DNA of 63,721 nucleotides, filler included, from Dirinaria sp. TL-2023a (taxonomy: Eukaryota), in the NCBI GenBank assembly GCA_051941275.1. It is 4 parts of 4 records of this genome, joined end to end, with 100 filler letters (N's around TTAATTAATTAA, not from the genome) between each part and the next. Parts side by side here need not be neighbours in the genome. Positions count along the whole stretch, not along the records: positions 1 to 15,866 come from JAVEBF010000520.1; positions 15,967 to 31,819 come from JAVEBF010000521.1; 2 more parts are not named here. One strand, given 5' to 3'. Both the position numbers and the translations under genes were made by a program. Under the pieces are notes generated by a model that ran no database searches, was not told where the DNA came from, and worked only from the letters and a program-made list of their open reading frames with translations. Of this stretch, positions 11,959 through 24,126 are shown one piece after another (position 1 is the first letter of the stretch; the number at the start of each line of letters is the position of its first letter).

Positions 11959-14381
11959 ATGTCCAGCTTAGCCAGCGATATCTCTGCCTCCGTTGTCAAT
12001 GGCACGATAGATGATGCAGATATATCGAAGCGCGACATCAAGAACCACTTGCTCTTCGAGGTCTCCACTGAGGCTGCCAACCGAGGTATGCACTTCTCCG
12101 CAACTCTCCGTGTTTATTATACTGAGCCGCGCAGTGGGAGGAATCTACTCCGTGATCAAGTCCAAAGCCCCAGTCACGACCGCCGAGTATGGCGAACGCT
12201 ATACTCTCATTGGGCCTCTCAATCGTGCTTCGGTACGTGAAGACGAGCTCCTTGTGCAAAACAATCGTTGACTCTGGCTGCAGGCGGCCGTCGAAGTCGA
12301 ACCCCTGACCCCCACCAATCCTGAATTGGCCGAGACGATCACGGCCATGAAGGCTCGAGGCATTGACATGATCTACGGCAGATGGTTAATTGAAGGGGCC
12401 CCTCGCATATTACTCATAGACACGAAGACGGGCTACAGATGGTTGGACGAGTGGAAAGCCGACCTGTGGAACACCGCTGGCATCCCAACCCCGGTCGGGG
12501 ACGACGAAACGAATGAAGCTGTGGTTTTTGGATACCTAATCGCATGGTTTTTGGGCGAAGTGAGCACCCGCTCTCGACCACCGAATCAGCTAACAGGCTG
12601 CAGCTCGTCTCGCACGAAAGGAGGAAAGCCGTTATAGCGCATTTCCACGAATGGCTCGCTGGCGTCGCTCTCCCTCTCACCAAGAAACGAAGGATAGACG
12701 TCACGACCATTTTCACCACCCACGCGACGCTGTTGGGTCGCTACCTCTGCGCCGGTTCCGTCGACTTCTACAATAATCTCCAATACTTCGACTGCGATGC
12801 AGAAGCTGGTCAGCGGGGAATCTATCATCGTTACTGTATCGAACGTGCTGCTGCTCATGCAGCTGACGTCTTTACAACTGTTTCCCACATTACTGCTTAT
12901 GAGTCCGAACACCTGCTCAAACGCAAGCCCGACGGGGTATTGCCCAATGGGCTGAATGTCAAGAAATTCTCCGCCATGCACGAGTTCCAAAACCTACACC
13001 AACAGAACAAAGAGAAAATCCATGACTTCGTGCGCGGACACTTCTACGGCCATAACGATTTCGAACCGGAAAACACTTTATACTTTTTCACATCAGGGAG
13101 ATACGAGTACCGCAACAAGGGCGTGGACATGTTCATTGAGTCTCTGGCTCGGCTGAATCACCGCCTGAAGGTTTCTGGTTCGAAGATGACGATTGTTACT
13201 TTCATCATCATGCCCGCGAGAACCCAATCGCTGACCGTGGAAGCGCTCAAAGGCCAAGCAGTCATCAAGTCCCTGCGTGACACAGTCTCCATCATTGAGC
13301 ATGAAGTGGGTAAGCGGCTTTTCAACCGCGCCCTGCAATGGCACGAGGGAGAAGATCTCCCCGAAGATAAAGATCTACTCTCTGCTTCGGACAGGATCAT
13401 GCTTCGGCGACGACTCTTTGCAATGAAACGTAATAATCTTCCACCCATCGTTACGCACAACATGGTAAATGACAGCGAAGACCTCATTCTCAACCAAATC
13501 AGGCGAGTGCAGTTGTTCAACCACCCGAGCGACAGAGTCAAGGTAGTATTCCATCCTGAATTCCTCAACTCCGCCAACCCCGTCATGTCCCTCGATTATG
13601 ATGATTTCGTCCGTGGCACGCACATGGGCGTCTTCTCATCATATTACGAACCTTGGGGTTATACACCTGCCGAGTGTACAGTGATGGGCGTTCCGAGTAT
13701 AACAACCAACCTCTCCGGTTTCGGATGTTACATGGAGGAACTCATCGAGAATGCCTCCGACTATGGCATTTACATTGTAGATCGTAGGATGAAGGGCATA
13801 GACGACAGCGTCAACCAGCTTACGAATTTCATGTTTGATTTCGCCTCGAAATCGAAGCGGCAACGCATCAACCAGCGGAACCGCACGGAGCGGCTCAGCG
13901 ATTTGCTAGATTGGAAGAGGATGGGAATGGAGTATGTCAAAGCGAGGCAGCTGGCCCTGAGGAGAGCATATCCCAGTTCATTCGACGATGACTATGACGA
14001 GAGTGGGATCTTCGATGCGGTGGAGCCGAAACTCACACGTCCGCTGTCTGTACCTGGGTCGCCACGGACAAGAAGTGGGATGATGACGCCCGGTGATTTC
14101 GGTTCACTGCAGGAAGGCAGGGAAGGTTTAAGCACGGAGGACTATATCGCTTGGAAACTACCGTAAGTCATGCGGACCCTCGGTTGTGACAACAAACATC
14201 AAGTAGCAGCCCTTGCAAAGAATGTTCGCTGATCAAATCGAAATCCAGGGAGGAAGAAGATCCGGATGAATATGCCTTTCCACTCACGCTGAGAAGTCCA
14301 GCGAGCAAAACGCCGCCCATGCATTCGCCCATGCAGGGGACTATCAACGGCGCAACGCCTGCATCTGGTCGCATACAATGA
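11959..14381 (+). CDS. GSY1: Glycogen synthase (GT3), 5 exons
   Basis: [58 protein letters not shown] and the C-terminal [10 protein letters not shown] phosphosite region. Four canonical introns; last exon [14 protein letters not shown]...GRIQ*. Confidence 0.97.
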
Positions 14382-15179
14382 CGAACTCAAGAATCGTCAA
14401 AAACCGCCGCACAATGTACAAAGTAGAGGCGATTGCAAAATGGTGTACTGAAGATTTAAGCCACTGTGCGGGAAACAAGCAAGCAGGAGAAGAGGACCCT
14501 AGCCAAGTTCCGGGCATTGTATACCTCAAGCTGGGTGTTTCCTTTTTCCAAGGGGGTTTGTGTTCGTTATCTGCTTTAACTGTGAATAGCCTGCTGGGCG
14601 TGTCGTTGATTTATTGGAATTTGTTATTTGTCTTGCACCTGCAGCGGGCGGGAGCGTTGTATCATAGTCGTGTTAACAGATTCGAATTTATCATCAGATC
14701 CCAAGTGGCTACAGAGAATCTGCCTTAAAAAGGAGGATGGCCTGAAAATGGGCATGTACGAGTACGAGAGGACCTGACATAGAACGTTTCGTACGGACAG
14801 GACCAGTACCATCTCATCGGCAGGGAGTGAAGGATTCTTGACTTCCATCTCGTATCCTATGCCCTCGTTGTTTCTAGAATCGCCACAACATTGACATTCT
14901 GCACACCACAAACATGTTCTCGAAACACCCTCGCCAGCATCCTCCCAGAGACCATGACGCCCTCAGATCATTTGCTCACTATCCCCTATCTCCGGCAGCA
15001 AAGGCGATAATAATGACGCAACAAGATCTCTTCTCCGATCCCAATCTCCGCCAACGACAATCAATCAATCAATCAAATCCCCAAACTTGAAACAAGAGGA
15101 GAATTTCACAACAGCACAGAGAATTTTAACCTCTCGTACTTATTCAACTAAATCAATCCTACAGAGATACACGAAGCGG

Positions 15180-15866
15180 ATGGCACGAATCCTGATCACG
15201 GGCTCGAGCGACGGGATCGGGCTCCTGACGGCGCAGCGGCTCGTGCAACAGGGGCATAAAGTGGTGCTGCATGCGCGGAACGAGAAACGGGCTAAGGACG
15301 CGAGGCGGGCGTGTCAGGGCGCGGAGGCGGTGCTGGTTGGGTATGGAGATATCCCGATATCCACTCTTCAAGTTGTTGCCTTGTCTACCCATCACTAACC
15401 CGCTCGAATCCCCCCAAAAAAGCGATCTAACCTCCCTCTCCCAAACCACCTCCCTCGCGCACTCCGCCATCGCAACCGGCCCCTTCGACACCGTGATCCA
15501 CAACGCCGGCCTAGGCTACAACTCTTCCTCCAGCACCAGTCCCAGCAGCACACCCGATGGCTTTGGCCCCATCTTCCAAGTCAACACCCTAGCACCCTAC
15601 CTCCTCACCAGCCTCCTCACTAACCCGACCCGCCCCAAAACCCTCATCTACCTCAGCTCCGGCCTGCACAGCAGCGGCTCCGCTCAACTCCACAGGGCCG
15701 AAAGCCCTAAAAAACAAGGCATCCAAGCGTACAGCGACTCCAAGCTGCAGGATATCATGCTCGCGTTCGCGGTCGCGCGCAGGTGGGAGAGATACGGGTG
15801 TACAAGCGTGGCGTTCGATCCCGGGTGGGTGAGGACGAAGATGGGGGGTGGTGGTGCGCCTGGTGG
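15180..15866 (+). CDS. Short-chain dehydrogenase/reductase, 3' end truncated by the contig end
   Basis: MARILITGSSDGIG (TGxxxGxG), IHNAG, YSDSK (YxxxK) and DPGWVRTKMGG; intron 15341-15422 (GTATGG..CTAAC..AG). Confidence 0.9.
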
Positions 15867-15966
15867 NNNNNNNNNNNNNNNNNNNNNNNNNNNNNNNNNN
15901 NNNNNNNNNNTTAATTAATTAANNNNNNNNNNNNNNNNNNNNNNNNNNNNNNNNNNNNNNNNNNNN
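15867..15966. other. Artificial contig-joining spacer
   Basis: 44 N + TTAATTAATTAA (stops in all frames) + 44 N. Confidence 0.98.
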
Positions 15967-16933
15967 CCCCCCCACCTCCAAATCCTGAGTCTGATACAAA
16001 ACATATTAGAGGAATCAGACTTACTCTTCATAATCCATGCCCTCAATCTCACTCCAATGCGCACTCCTCAAAACCTCCTCGGTCAACTCATTATCAAACG
16101 GCAGTCCCTCCTTCTGCGCCTTCTCAAGCTCCCGCAAGCCCGTCCTCATGCTCTGCCCAGCATCCTTCCTAACCCTTTTCCACTCCTTCCCCTGCACACC
16201 CTCCAACACTCTCAGGATCTCATTCTGACTAAGATGGAATGTATTAATATAAACATATCGATTCCTCGTCTCCGCAGGACTCATCAGGACCCCTTTCACC
16301 GACTGCGCGATATCCGCCAGCACCGTCAACTGGCACTTCACATTCCCCTCATCGTAGATGGTTGCCGTCGAAGTATCAAGGTCGAAGCCCAAGAACCCGA
16401 ATTCAAGGCCGTAATCGAAGAATGCGCCGCAGATGATGCCCGTCCAGCTGAGTCCCTCGCGTTCCTTCTCGACAAGCAGTTGATTGATGGTCCATTTTTT
16501 CTCGAAGATGGGGACTGCATCGCGCGCTGCGCTGCTGGCGCTGTTGCTCCCAAATTCCCCGGGGATGAAGCGCTTGACGCCGGCTTTTACACTGGCGCCG
16601 ATAAGGGCGCGGATAGGTTCTAGGTACTGGGAGCGGAGAAGTGAGATTACGGCATCTTGACCTTGCAAGATCTGTATCAGTTCGTTTTCTGGGTAGGTGT
16701 CTGAGATGGTATAGACCGAGACATTCTTTGGGAATGTTGCTTGGGAGCCTTTTCTTGAAAGCACGGAAATGGAGAAGTTGGACGAGAGAGATTCAATGAT
16801 TGGGCGGCCGAGGTTGCCGCTTGCCTGTGATTCCTTTTAGGTGCGCTGAAAATCGATGGATGGCGGGGTTGAGGTTGCAGAGCGAAGAAGCGCTTACGCC
16901 GACAATCATGACAGTTTTGATATCTTGCGACAT
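15967..16933 (-). CDS. NmrA/isoflavone-reductase-like NAD(P)-binding protein, probably 3'-truncated
   Basis: MSQDIKTVMIVG|ASGNLG across an intron, then GQDAVIS, AGVKRFIPGEFG and WTGIICGAFFD. The apparent stop at 16021 overlaps a GTAAGT donor followed by CTAAT..CAG, so the CDS likely continues to the contig edge. Confidence 0.88.
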
Positions 16934-17747
16934 ACTTACAAGGAGACAGGATCGCAGAGAAACAGACGTACGATAGTGGAAAGAGAGAGGATGTATTAGA
17001 GTGCACTTACATTCTACTAGCGAAAGAGACAAGAGTGTAGGAAGAAAGTGCAGCTGATTATACACAATTGAGTGGGAACTAGCGTAGCATTGGTGTGCAG
17101 TAGCACAACTGCTAGAACATAGGATAAGGCCAACTGGAGTTCTTATTGCTGGATAGAGTAGTGAGTCACAGATTATTCTGCTGGTGATGAGACCAAGCTG
17201 GAAGCCTGCTTCATAACATCTGCCGAGCAAGATACATACCTTTTCCCTGAATTGGATCTTGGGTCGAGAGCGTTCCCCTTCTTAAGATGAGTATCTGTAA
17301 GTAGCCAAAAAGAATCAGCAATCGATTCCATGGAAAGATTTCACGTCCAGCAGACCAGGGTTTTTCTAGGGTTATAGAAGTATTCTGGGCTCACTACGGC
17401 ACCACGGAATTCTCCAATACACTTACAGTACCTTACCTTAGGTAGTAAGGTACTTCATGAAACCAAATACCTTACTTACCCTTGAAAATCCACCGCGCTA
17501 CCTCAGTTAGCTACTTCAGTCTCGACATAAGTCACAACCTCCTACCCCTTCCCGTAATAGTTGCTGCCAATTCTATACTAAGTAGTCCTATTATATCTAA
17601 GGAAAATCGACGAATCAACGCATACTCTTATAGTATAGTGAACAGTGCTTACGGTAGCTTTTGATCGAAATGCAAGGGTTTTTACCCAGTAGAGCGGTGG
17701 CTCAGGGTTGGGTATCATCCATCAGATCACGTGAACTAGGGTCAATA

Positions 17748-17951
17748 TTTTTATCTGATAAAGGAGGAGCTGTTACGATCTACTAGCCCCAAAATCCGCT
17801 ATCCGACAGTCTTGTACTGGAAACCTTGAATGGGGATAGCGTTCATCTTCGAGATTAGAGATGTTTTTATCTGATAAGAGGAGTTATGATCTACTGAGTC
17901 CGAAATCTTGATATCCGACGAATCTAGACTCGGAACCTGAAAGAGGTTAGC
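17748..17951 (+). repeat. Diverged ~116-bp tandem duplication; each unit starts with TTTTTATCTGATAA (ATCWGATAA, SreA-type GATA site)
   Basis: ATCTGATAA at 17753-17761 and 17869-17877. The units also share GAGGAG, GATCTACT, TATCCGAC, AACCT and TAGC in the same order. Confidence 0.7.
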
Positions 17952-18173
17952 TCGAGTCTCGATTCTCACGTGTGTCCATTACTTGATTTTCTTCAAGTGA
18001 GCGATGTCTACGTCAAGAACGCATGAGCGAAGTGCAATTCTCGACGGTAAATGATGTTTATAAATTACCTGATTATTGATTACCTTCGTGAAGACCAGAA
18101 GTAAGAGCCGAGCAGAGGGTTTATACGACCCTTTGTGGATTGCTAGTGCTTCAATCAAGCTCACATCCCCCCC

Positions 18174-19017
18174 TCATCCACAGCATCCCGAAGCCTCTGT
18201 CGCTGTTACTGGTGCTCCGAGGTCCCATGAAAAGACGAAGGCACCAATGAAGGCGCCGAGAAGGATGCATATGATGATGAAGCCATTGTAATACATCGCC
18301 AGCAACATGATGAAGTACGCCACTCCAAACTGCAGCATATGGAGCATCGCTCGGATGGCCTGCTGTGGTGGCGTCGGCCTGAATAGTGCAGGCTGTCTGA
18401 CACCGGAAAATGCGCCATCGTTGTCATCGTTATCGTCTTTGCTCGTTGATCCTGTGACTGCTCTCTCGGATGCGCTAACACTATTCGCTTTCTTGTCCGG
18501 GCCGTATCCGTTCGCCATGTTCAAACCTCTCGGAGATTGGGACATCGATGTATAGGTACCGCTGCCCGCTTTTAAAGCGATGTATCGATCGTACTCGCGG
18601 CTGAGACGACGAAGGAATTCGAGCGCGCAGACAAGGCAGACGACCCCGATGCAACTGCCTGCGAACATACCCTTGGAGGTGATGTGCCAGGTTGAGGAGA
18701 TAAAGCCTTAGGACAACGCAAATCAGCATTGCTGCATACCAATGGTCACTACCCATCGATGAATCAGTGGTATATTTACAGGCGTCAATTGTATTCCAGT
18801 TCCAGAGCATCTGCATGTCCGACGAAGAATCAGCATGCCAAATCTTCAGATTCGAGATTGATCTGACAGCGCTCACCGAGATCTTGCAAGAGCCAGGTCC
18901 CATGCTCATTGAGCTGCTTGCGGCTGCTGTCGACGTGGGCATCATCATGCTGCCTGTGCTTGTTGAGGTGCGCATTGTCATGCTTCCCATTCCGCTCGAA
19001 GTCATGCTCGACTGCAT
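18174..19017 (-). CDS. Ctr-family high-affinity copper transporter, 3 exons
   Basis: Met-rich N-terminus, CKIS|MLWNWNTIDAC|FISSTWHITSKGMFAGSCIGV, the MxxxM motif (MLLAM) and a C-terminal CCG; two canonical introns. Confidence 0.95.
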
Positions 19018-19279
19018 GTCTATGGTTTTGATAATTCTGGACTGAGTGATAGAAAGTCAAGTACTTGGAACGTGGTTTAGCAAGGCCTTCAGCCAAGTTG
19101 CCAGCAATCGCGTCTCACAATGCGATCGATGTCTTCTGCAATCAAAGGTTCACGACCGGCAGGTGCTTTTACAGTGCTACCAGTTCTTCATAAGGTAGGT
19201 CTAGACTGATTCATTGGGCGGGTCATTGCTTCCAGTCCTCTGCAGCCTTCAGTGGGGTTCCTGTGGTACTGCGTCAATT

Positions 19280-19851
19280 TGAGCAAGTTATTCCGTCACT
19301 ACTGCTCCAGACTGCGATTCCTGATTTGATTTGTCCAACCTTTTCATTGCAAGTGTTCTTTGACCCACATCCAATAGGTGGTTGATGTGCATGGTGCCGA
19401 TAAATCTCCAGGACGCCGTGGCTGAGCTTGGATGGACTGAGCAGTTTTGAGGCCTTTTCTTTCGTTGATGCGATCACGTGACGCTGTATCCCTCCCAACC
19501 CGGTTATGCTCAGAACCTTCTTACTTTTTTCTCCATCTCAAGATATCTTTCGATTTCGAGTCTGAAAGCCAGTTTCAGGCCATTGCTGTTCAGTAAAACC
19601 TCGTCCAATGTCGATTATTTACAGCCCTATGTGTCGTATTCGCTTCTTCTCTTTCATCCCTGAGCCTTCTTAGAGCTATCAAGCATACTGTCCACTTCAT
19701 TCGAGCGCCGGTCCTGATACACTCGAGCGATTGGACAGAGAAGAAGGTCAAAGGAGGGTATGAGAGGCAAGATGGCGCCGCCAATGATGGATGTACATTT
19801 GATTGTTCCCACAGGCACTGGTCGGAGGAGCTTGATATAATGTCCTGAGCA
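19280..19851. promoter_or_regulatory. Cluster of TGCTCA cores (candidate Mac1/Cuf1 copper-response elements) upstream of Ctr
   Basis: TGAGCA at 19280, 19438 and 19846, and TGCTCA at 19507, all within ~830 bp of the Ctr ATG. Confidence 0.55.
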
Positions 19852-20110
19852 TAGCCTGCTAACCCCATTTCCAAGTAATAACAAATCGGTTCAGCTTTTC
19901 CCATCGATGTATTGATCGACGCATTCTGTGAATGGGATTGAGGTTTAGGCTACCCGGACTCCCTTGAGTAAAGATGCTCTAGAATGTCTATCCGGAGTTT
20001 AGATCACGATATTCCTATTATCTTCAATCATTCGGTCTCTAAAAACTCGTAGACATGTATAAATTAGGCTCTGTGACTGGCTGCTTGTATAAGACAAATC
20101 TGTGGGTTTA

Positions 20111-20747
20111 CTACTCCTCTCTCTAGCATCTCGTACATTAGCATATACCGCCGGGCATCCAAGCGAGGAGCTCTTCTTGTCTTTCGGTCTTGTCTCGGAT
20201 CTTACTGACACTACTGTAATCGATGCATATTTCTTCACCTTTATTAATTGGTTCGGTAGCAATAACGGCTACTGTGGTACTTTCGGGCGCAGTGGCTCCG
20301 TCCCTCAGCAAGGCAGTTCACAACGTGCGTTGGGCTCACAGCTATGGTTGAGGAAAGAGTAAAGAGGGTTCACAGCTTTTATAAGACGGCCATCCCGATT
20401 TGTACGTTCGTTGCAATTTGTTTTCAAACGCATCCCTACTTGTTCCAGGACCCAAGTGTCGTAACGGAGGTCCTGGAAGATATCTATTCCTAATTGTTGA
20501 AGTATACGGTTTGGTCGAATGATGTTGTGGCGTACCGTCCAGCTCCTTGGGTGTCCAGCTGTGTAGTGAGGTACAAGTCTTGCAATAAGTGGATGCTCAA
20601 GGGGATGGCAGTCGCTCTGAATGCACGTCGATAAGACTCGAAGCCACAAAGGACCATCCATCTCTGGAGAATGTGAGTGTTTTCTTCTGATGTTTTTGAC
20701 AGCCAATCGTAATTTTGGCCACAGATCGCCTTATGATAAAGCGTCAT
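20111..20747 (-). pseudogene. SMYD-type SET-domain methyltransferase pseudogene
   Basis: Frame changes separate three segments: YHKAICGQNYDWL; ...PLYSFLNHSCEPNA (SET NHSC motif); and VIATEPINKGEEICIDY...GGIC*CTRC*REE* (GEE..I.Y motif plus a post-SET CxCxxC with stops at 20138-20140 and 20123-20125). Confidence 0.8.
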
Positions 20748-21429
20748 TCAAACACATCAAAATCGGATCAGTCTTCAATCTCTAGCTGCGAATCCTGCTG
20801 CATCAGTGGCGATGATCGCAGTATCGTATCCTTGTTCGGGGTCCTCGTTCTCCTAGATTTGAACGGTTCTTCGTTCTTGGACGTGGCGTTGTCGGCATGT
20901 CTCGTATGGCAGTCTTTGCGACAGGCTCAATCGTTATGAGAAATATTATTCTAATGCCAATCCCTCTTGATCTTTATCTTTTCGTGATACTGTTGTTCAC
21001 TACGGCGGTGCCTAGGCAGCTGTCGTCGACATTCTGGATGAATGGGAACCGAGGAGCCGATCTCATCGTTTGGGTCAGCACGGTCAGACTCACACCAGAT
21101 GGTGCTGAAGAAAACAACTTTTGCCAATGTCAGGTCACGTCCGCAGCGCTGCTAGGAGTCGGCCGCTCATTTTGAAAAGATTCGGGATCGAGAAGAAGTT
21201 GTAAACATAATTTATATAGCAGAAATTATAGGAGATCGAAGACGGCGGAATGATACAGCCAGGAAATGGAAATCTGGGGAGGTAGAAAATCAAGTCTTAA
21301 GTGTGTCTACATCATGGCAGGAGAAGGTCCTTGGCCTGTGGACCATGTGCATCTTCATTAGCCACGCATATTTGTACCCAGCAATTTGTTAACATCGATA
21401 GTAATGCCTACTTAGTATTGACTGTACAA

Positions 21430-21492
21430 GTACGAGTACCTACCTACCTAAGGTACCTTAAGGTAAGGTAAGGTAAGGTACATACCTTACAT
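21430..21492. repeat. TACC/TAAGG quasi-palindromic simple-repeat island
   Basis: gtacctacctacctaaggtaccttaaggtaaggtaaggtaaggtacataccttac. Confidence 0.8.
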
Positions 21493-21686
21493 AGATCCAG
21501 CATGTGTAGGCTCGGCGGGGAGCTCTAGGCTTCTTGGCGGACCGAGTAGCCGACCAGGAATCCGTGCGTAAACAATCGCGTCACCCTCATCATCCCGTCG
21601 CGTTCCCCAATCACCAGCTATCAGTATTTGATCAGAGCCTGTTTACATGCTATGTGACCGCCTATTCGTTTTGACTTGTTGACACA

Positions 21687-22763
21687 ATGGCAGCCAATCC
21701 TTCGACCGACGAGCTTCTCACGGAACACTTTCGATACACTCCACTCTCTCTGATTGACGACATTATCAACGCCGTGAACACTATCATCTATCGAGCCATA
21801 GAGGCCATTGAGACTGGTCTGCTAAATCTTCCCCCGGCGCAACTAGGCTTCACAGCTCCTACTACCTCCTTGAATGTTGCCCAGAATGCGAAGGCAAGGA
21901 AAAAGGCAGAAGAGGAGCTCAAAGACAGGATGCAGGCAGAAATTGAGAATGGATGCCATCAATTGGAGACCTTACTGGTGGATAGTGCGGATAAGACGTT
22001 CGACAAATTCGAGGTCTATGTGCTGAGGGCTATATTGACCGTGGAGGAGGGGCTGGGTGAATGGATACGGTTGAGTCACTATGAGGTATTTCTTTGTCTC
22101 CTTTATCTGTCGAGCGATTCCAACTGCAGTACTATGCCTGGACTGAGCGCACAAATTTCGCCAATGCTAAGCATGAAAGAGGGGAGCTAATAATTGGCAT
22201 CAAAACAGAACCTCCAATTACCCCCTCCTGCAAACGCGCCCACTCCGGAATCGATCCTGCTTCTTCGACGCAAATTACAAGAAACAAGAAAGCTGAACGT
22301 TGCGCTGCGGCGGCAGCATTGGCGGAATGAGACATTGATATCACAAGTCCAGAATCTATCCACTCCGCTTCAGCCATCCGCAGCGGCAGATCAGCCAAAT
22401 CTTTCGTTCCTCACCTCCAATGCTGGCTCGAAAACCTTCGGTCTCTCCTTCAGCCCTCAAGAACAAGGTGCTGAAGGGCCTCTCACGACACACGCTCGCT
22501 TCGGCATCTCGCAACTGCCGGCATTACGAGCACATCTTGCGGCGTTGAGGCCGAAACTGCAGACACTACCAGAAGCACTTGACAGCGTTGACTGGGAAGG
22601 AAGAAGGGAGGAGCGAAGGGCATACGTTGAGGGCAGGGTGAGGAGAATTGTAGAGAAAGGTGGAGGTTCGAGTGGAGAGGAGCTGGAAAGGGTAGTGGAC
22701 AGGGAAGGAAGGGTGGGGAGGGAAGAGGTTGAAGGGTTGGAAAGAATTGTGAGGAGTCTGTAA
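21687..22763 (+). CDS. MIS12: Kinetochore protein Mis12/Mtw1
   Basis: LLTEHFRYTPLSLIDDIINAVN, EIENGCHQLETLL and DKTFDKFEVYVLR; intron 22086-22208 joins ORF 22194-22763 in frame. Confidence 0.93.
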
Positions 22764-23087
22764 CGAACTACACACACCGTCGTGACATGGCTGAGTATGA
22801 CTGGAAGAGGTCCACGGGGAAATGGATCGGCAGTTTGGCGTTGTGGACAGGCCTTCGGACGGGAGGAAGTGATCTGGCAAAGGAGTAGCTGAATCATCAT
22901 GGGTTGGATACGTCAAATGTATGGGCTTTCTCGATACCCGTCAACGATGACCAAAGAAAGTGGGTACTATAATATAAGAGACTTCATTGCACTTTTCGAA
23001 CTTCTGGCACTCAATGACCACATATTGCTTCACTGTCAAGGACTTAGGTTCGGTCGGACAGCGTTTCAAATGCTTCCCAGGGTCCAG

Positions 23088-23088
23088 C

Positions 23089-23126
<38 letters not shown>
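23088..23126 (+). repeat. (CAA)13 microsatellite
   Basis: Counted directly. Confidence 0.95.
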
Positions 23127-24126
23127 ACAACAACCCCTTCTGCGCTTAAGCAGCGAAATCCAGGCATTCATCGAAATCTAAAAAGAACTGCATAACAAGA
23201 GAATGCGCTACCTAGATTGTGCAGTCAATGTTAATGTGTTCGATTTCGTCCAGACCGAGGAAAGCCGACAGTCTCCTAAGGTATTTACCTTAGCTACAGT
23301 ATGGTCGGTACCTGCAGCAATCCATAGTTCGGCGCCGTTACTTCTCCAATTTCGCGTGGCCTTGCTACCTTATGGCTGTGCGTTTTTTGAGTTTGCCGGC
23401 TAGGTACCGACCGAACTTACTGACTGTACAGTAGATACTGTATGTACAGAAGGGAAGATAGCTGGACCCTCTGAAACCAATATTGCTGTCTTGGAACTTG
23501 TCCCTTAGAAGCCAAGCTTCGAGGAGGAATATGAGATTTCATAAAAAACTGCAATCTGGCAGAACATCAGTTCATCTACGGACCCAGAAGGATCCAAAAT
23601 CTCTTGTGCTGTGATAGCCGCGCTTCCTGCAGGATTCTCATTTATGAGCCGCGCTGCATTCGCCCTCAGCTTGAGCCATCAGCCTCCCCCCACTTCAGCC
23701 AATCCGCTGTCGCATCCCACATCCTCCATCCTGCATGCTGACAGCGTCAGCCTCGCTGGACAGCCATGGTCACTTCTTCGGTAGCCGGTTGGACAACCTC
23801 GAAAACCCTCCGCCCTGCTAATGCTGCTCTGCGACCAGCTTCTATCTTGGAGAAATAGCCTGATCCTGGTGGTGATCTGCGATTCGGAGGCAGAGGCGAA
23901 CGCAGAGCCCCATCCTTAGGCTGTCCTACGCATCTCTGAAGTATTCGAGCTCCTATACGAATCATCTTCGGTTCCACACCTATAATTCGAGACTCGAAAA
24001 TCGACTTAGATCTCATGAGGTCGTATCACAGTCTCTGCTAGTTCCATCGCTGGACACGCCGCACAAAATCTGATACTCCGCTATCCGGACATCCAAGGTT
24101 GTTTGCATTCACCACAGATTTTCACA

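Noticed and set aside
15180..15866. Recent horizontal transfer of a bacterial-like, GC-rich SDR
   Set aside because: It has a canonical spliceosomal intron, and clearly native genes show similar GC near contig ends; a phylogeny would be needed.
15911..15922. Periodic TTAATTAATTAA palindrome as a biological repeat or att site
   Set aside because: Always centred in 44+44 Ns; it is a synthetic all-frame stop linker.
15180..16933. SDR + NmrA-like reductase pair as a metabolic cluster
   Set aside because: They are on different contigs separated by a spacer.
22899..23195. Poly-Q/poly-N/poly-L ORFs
   Set aside because: By-products of the (CAA)13 microsatellite.
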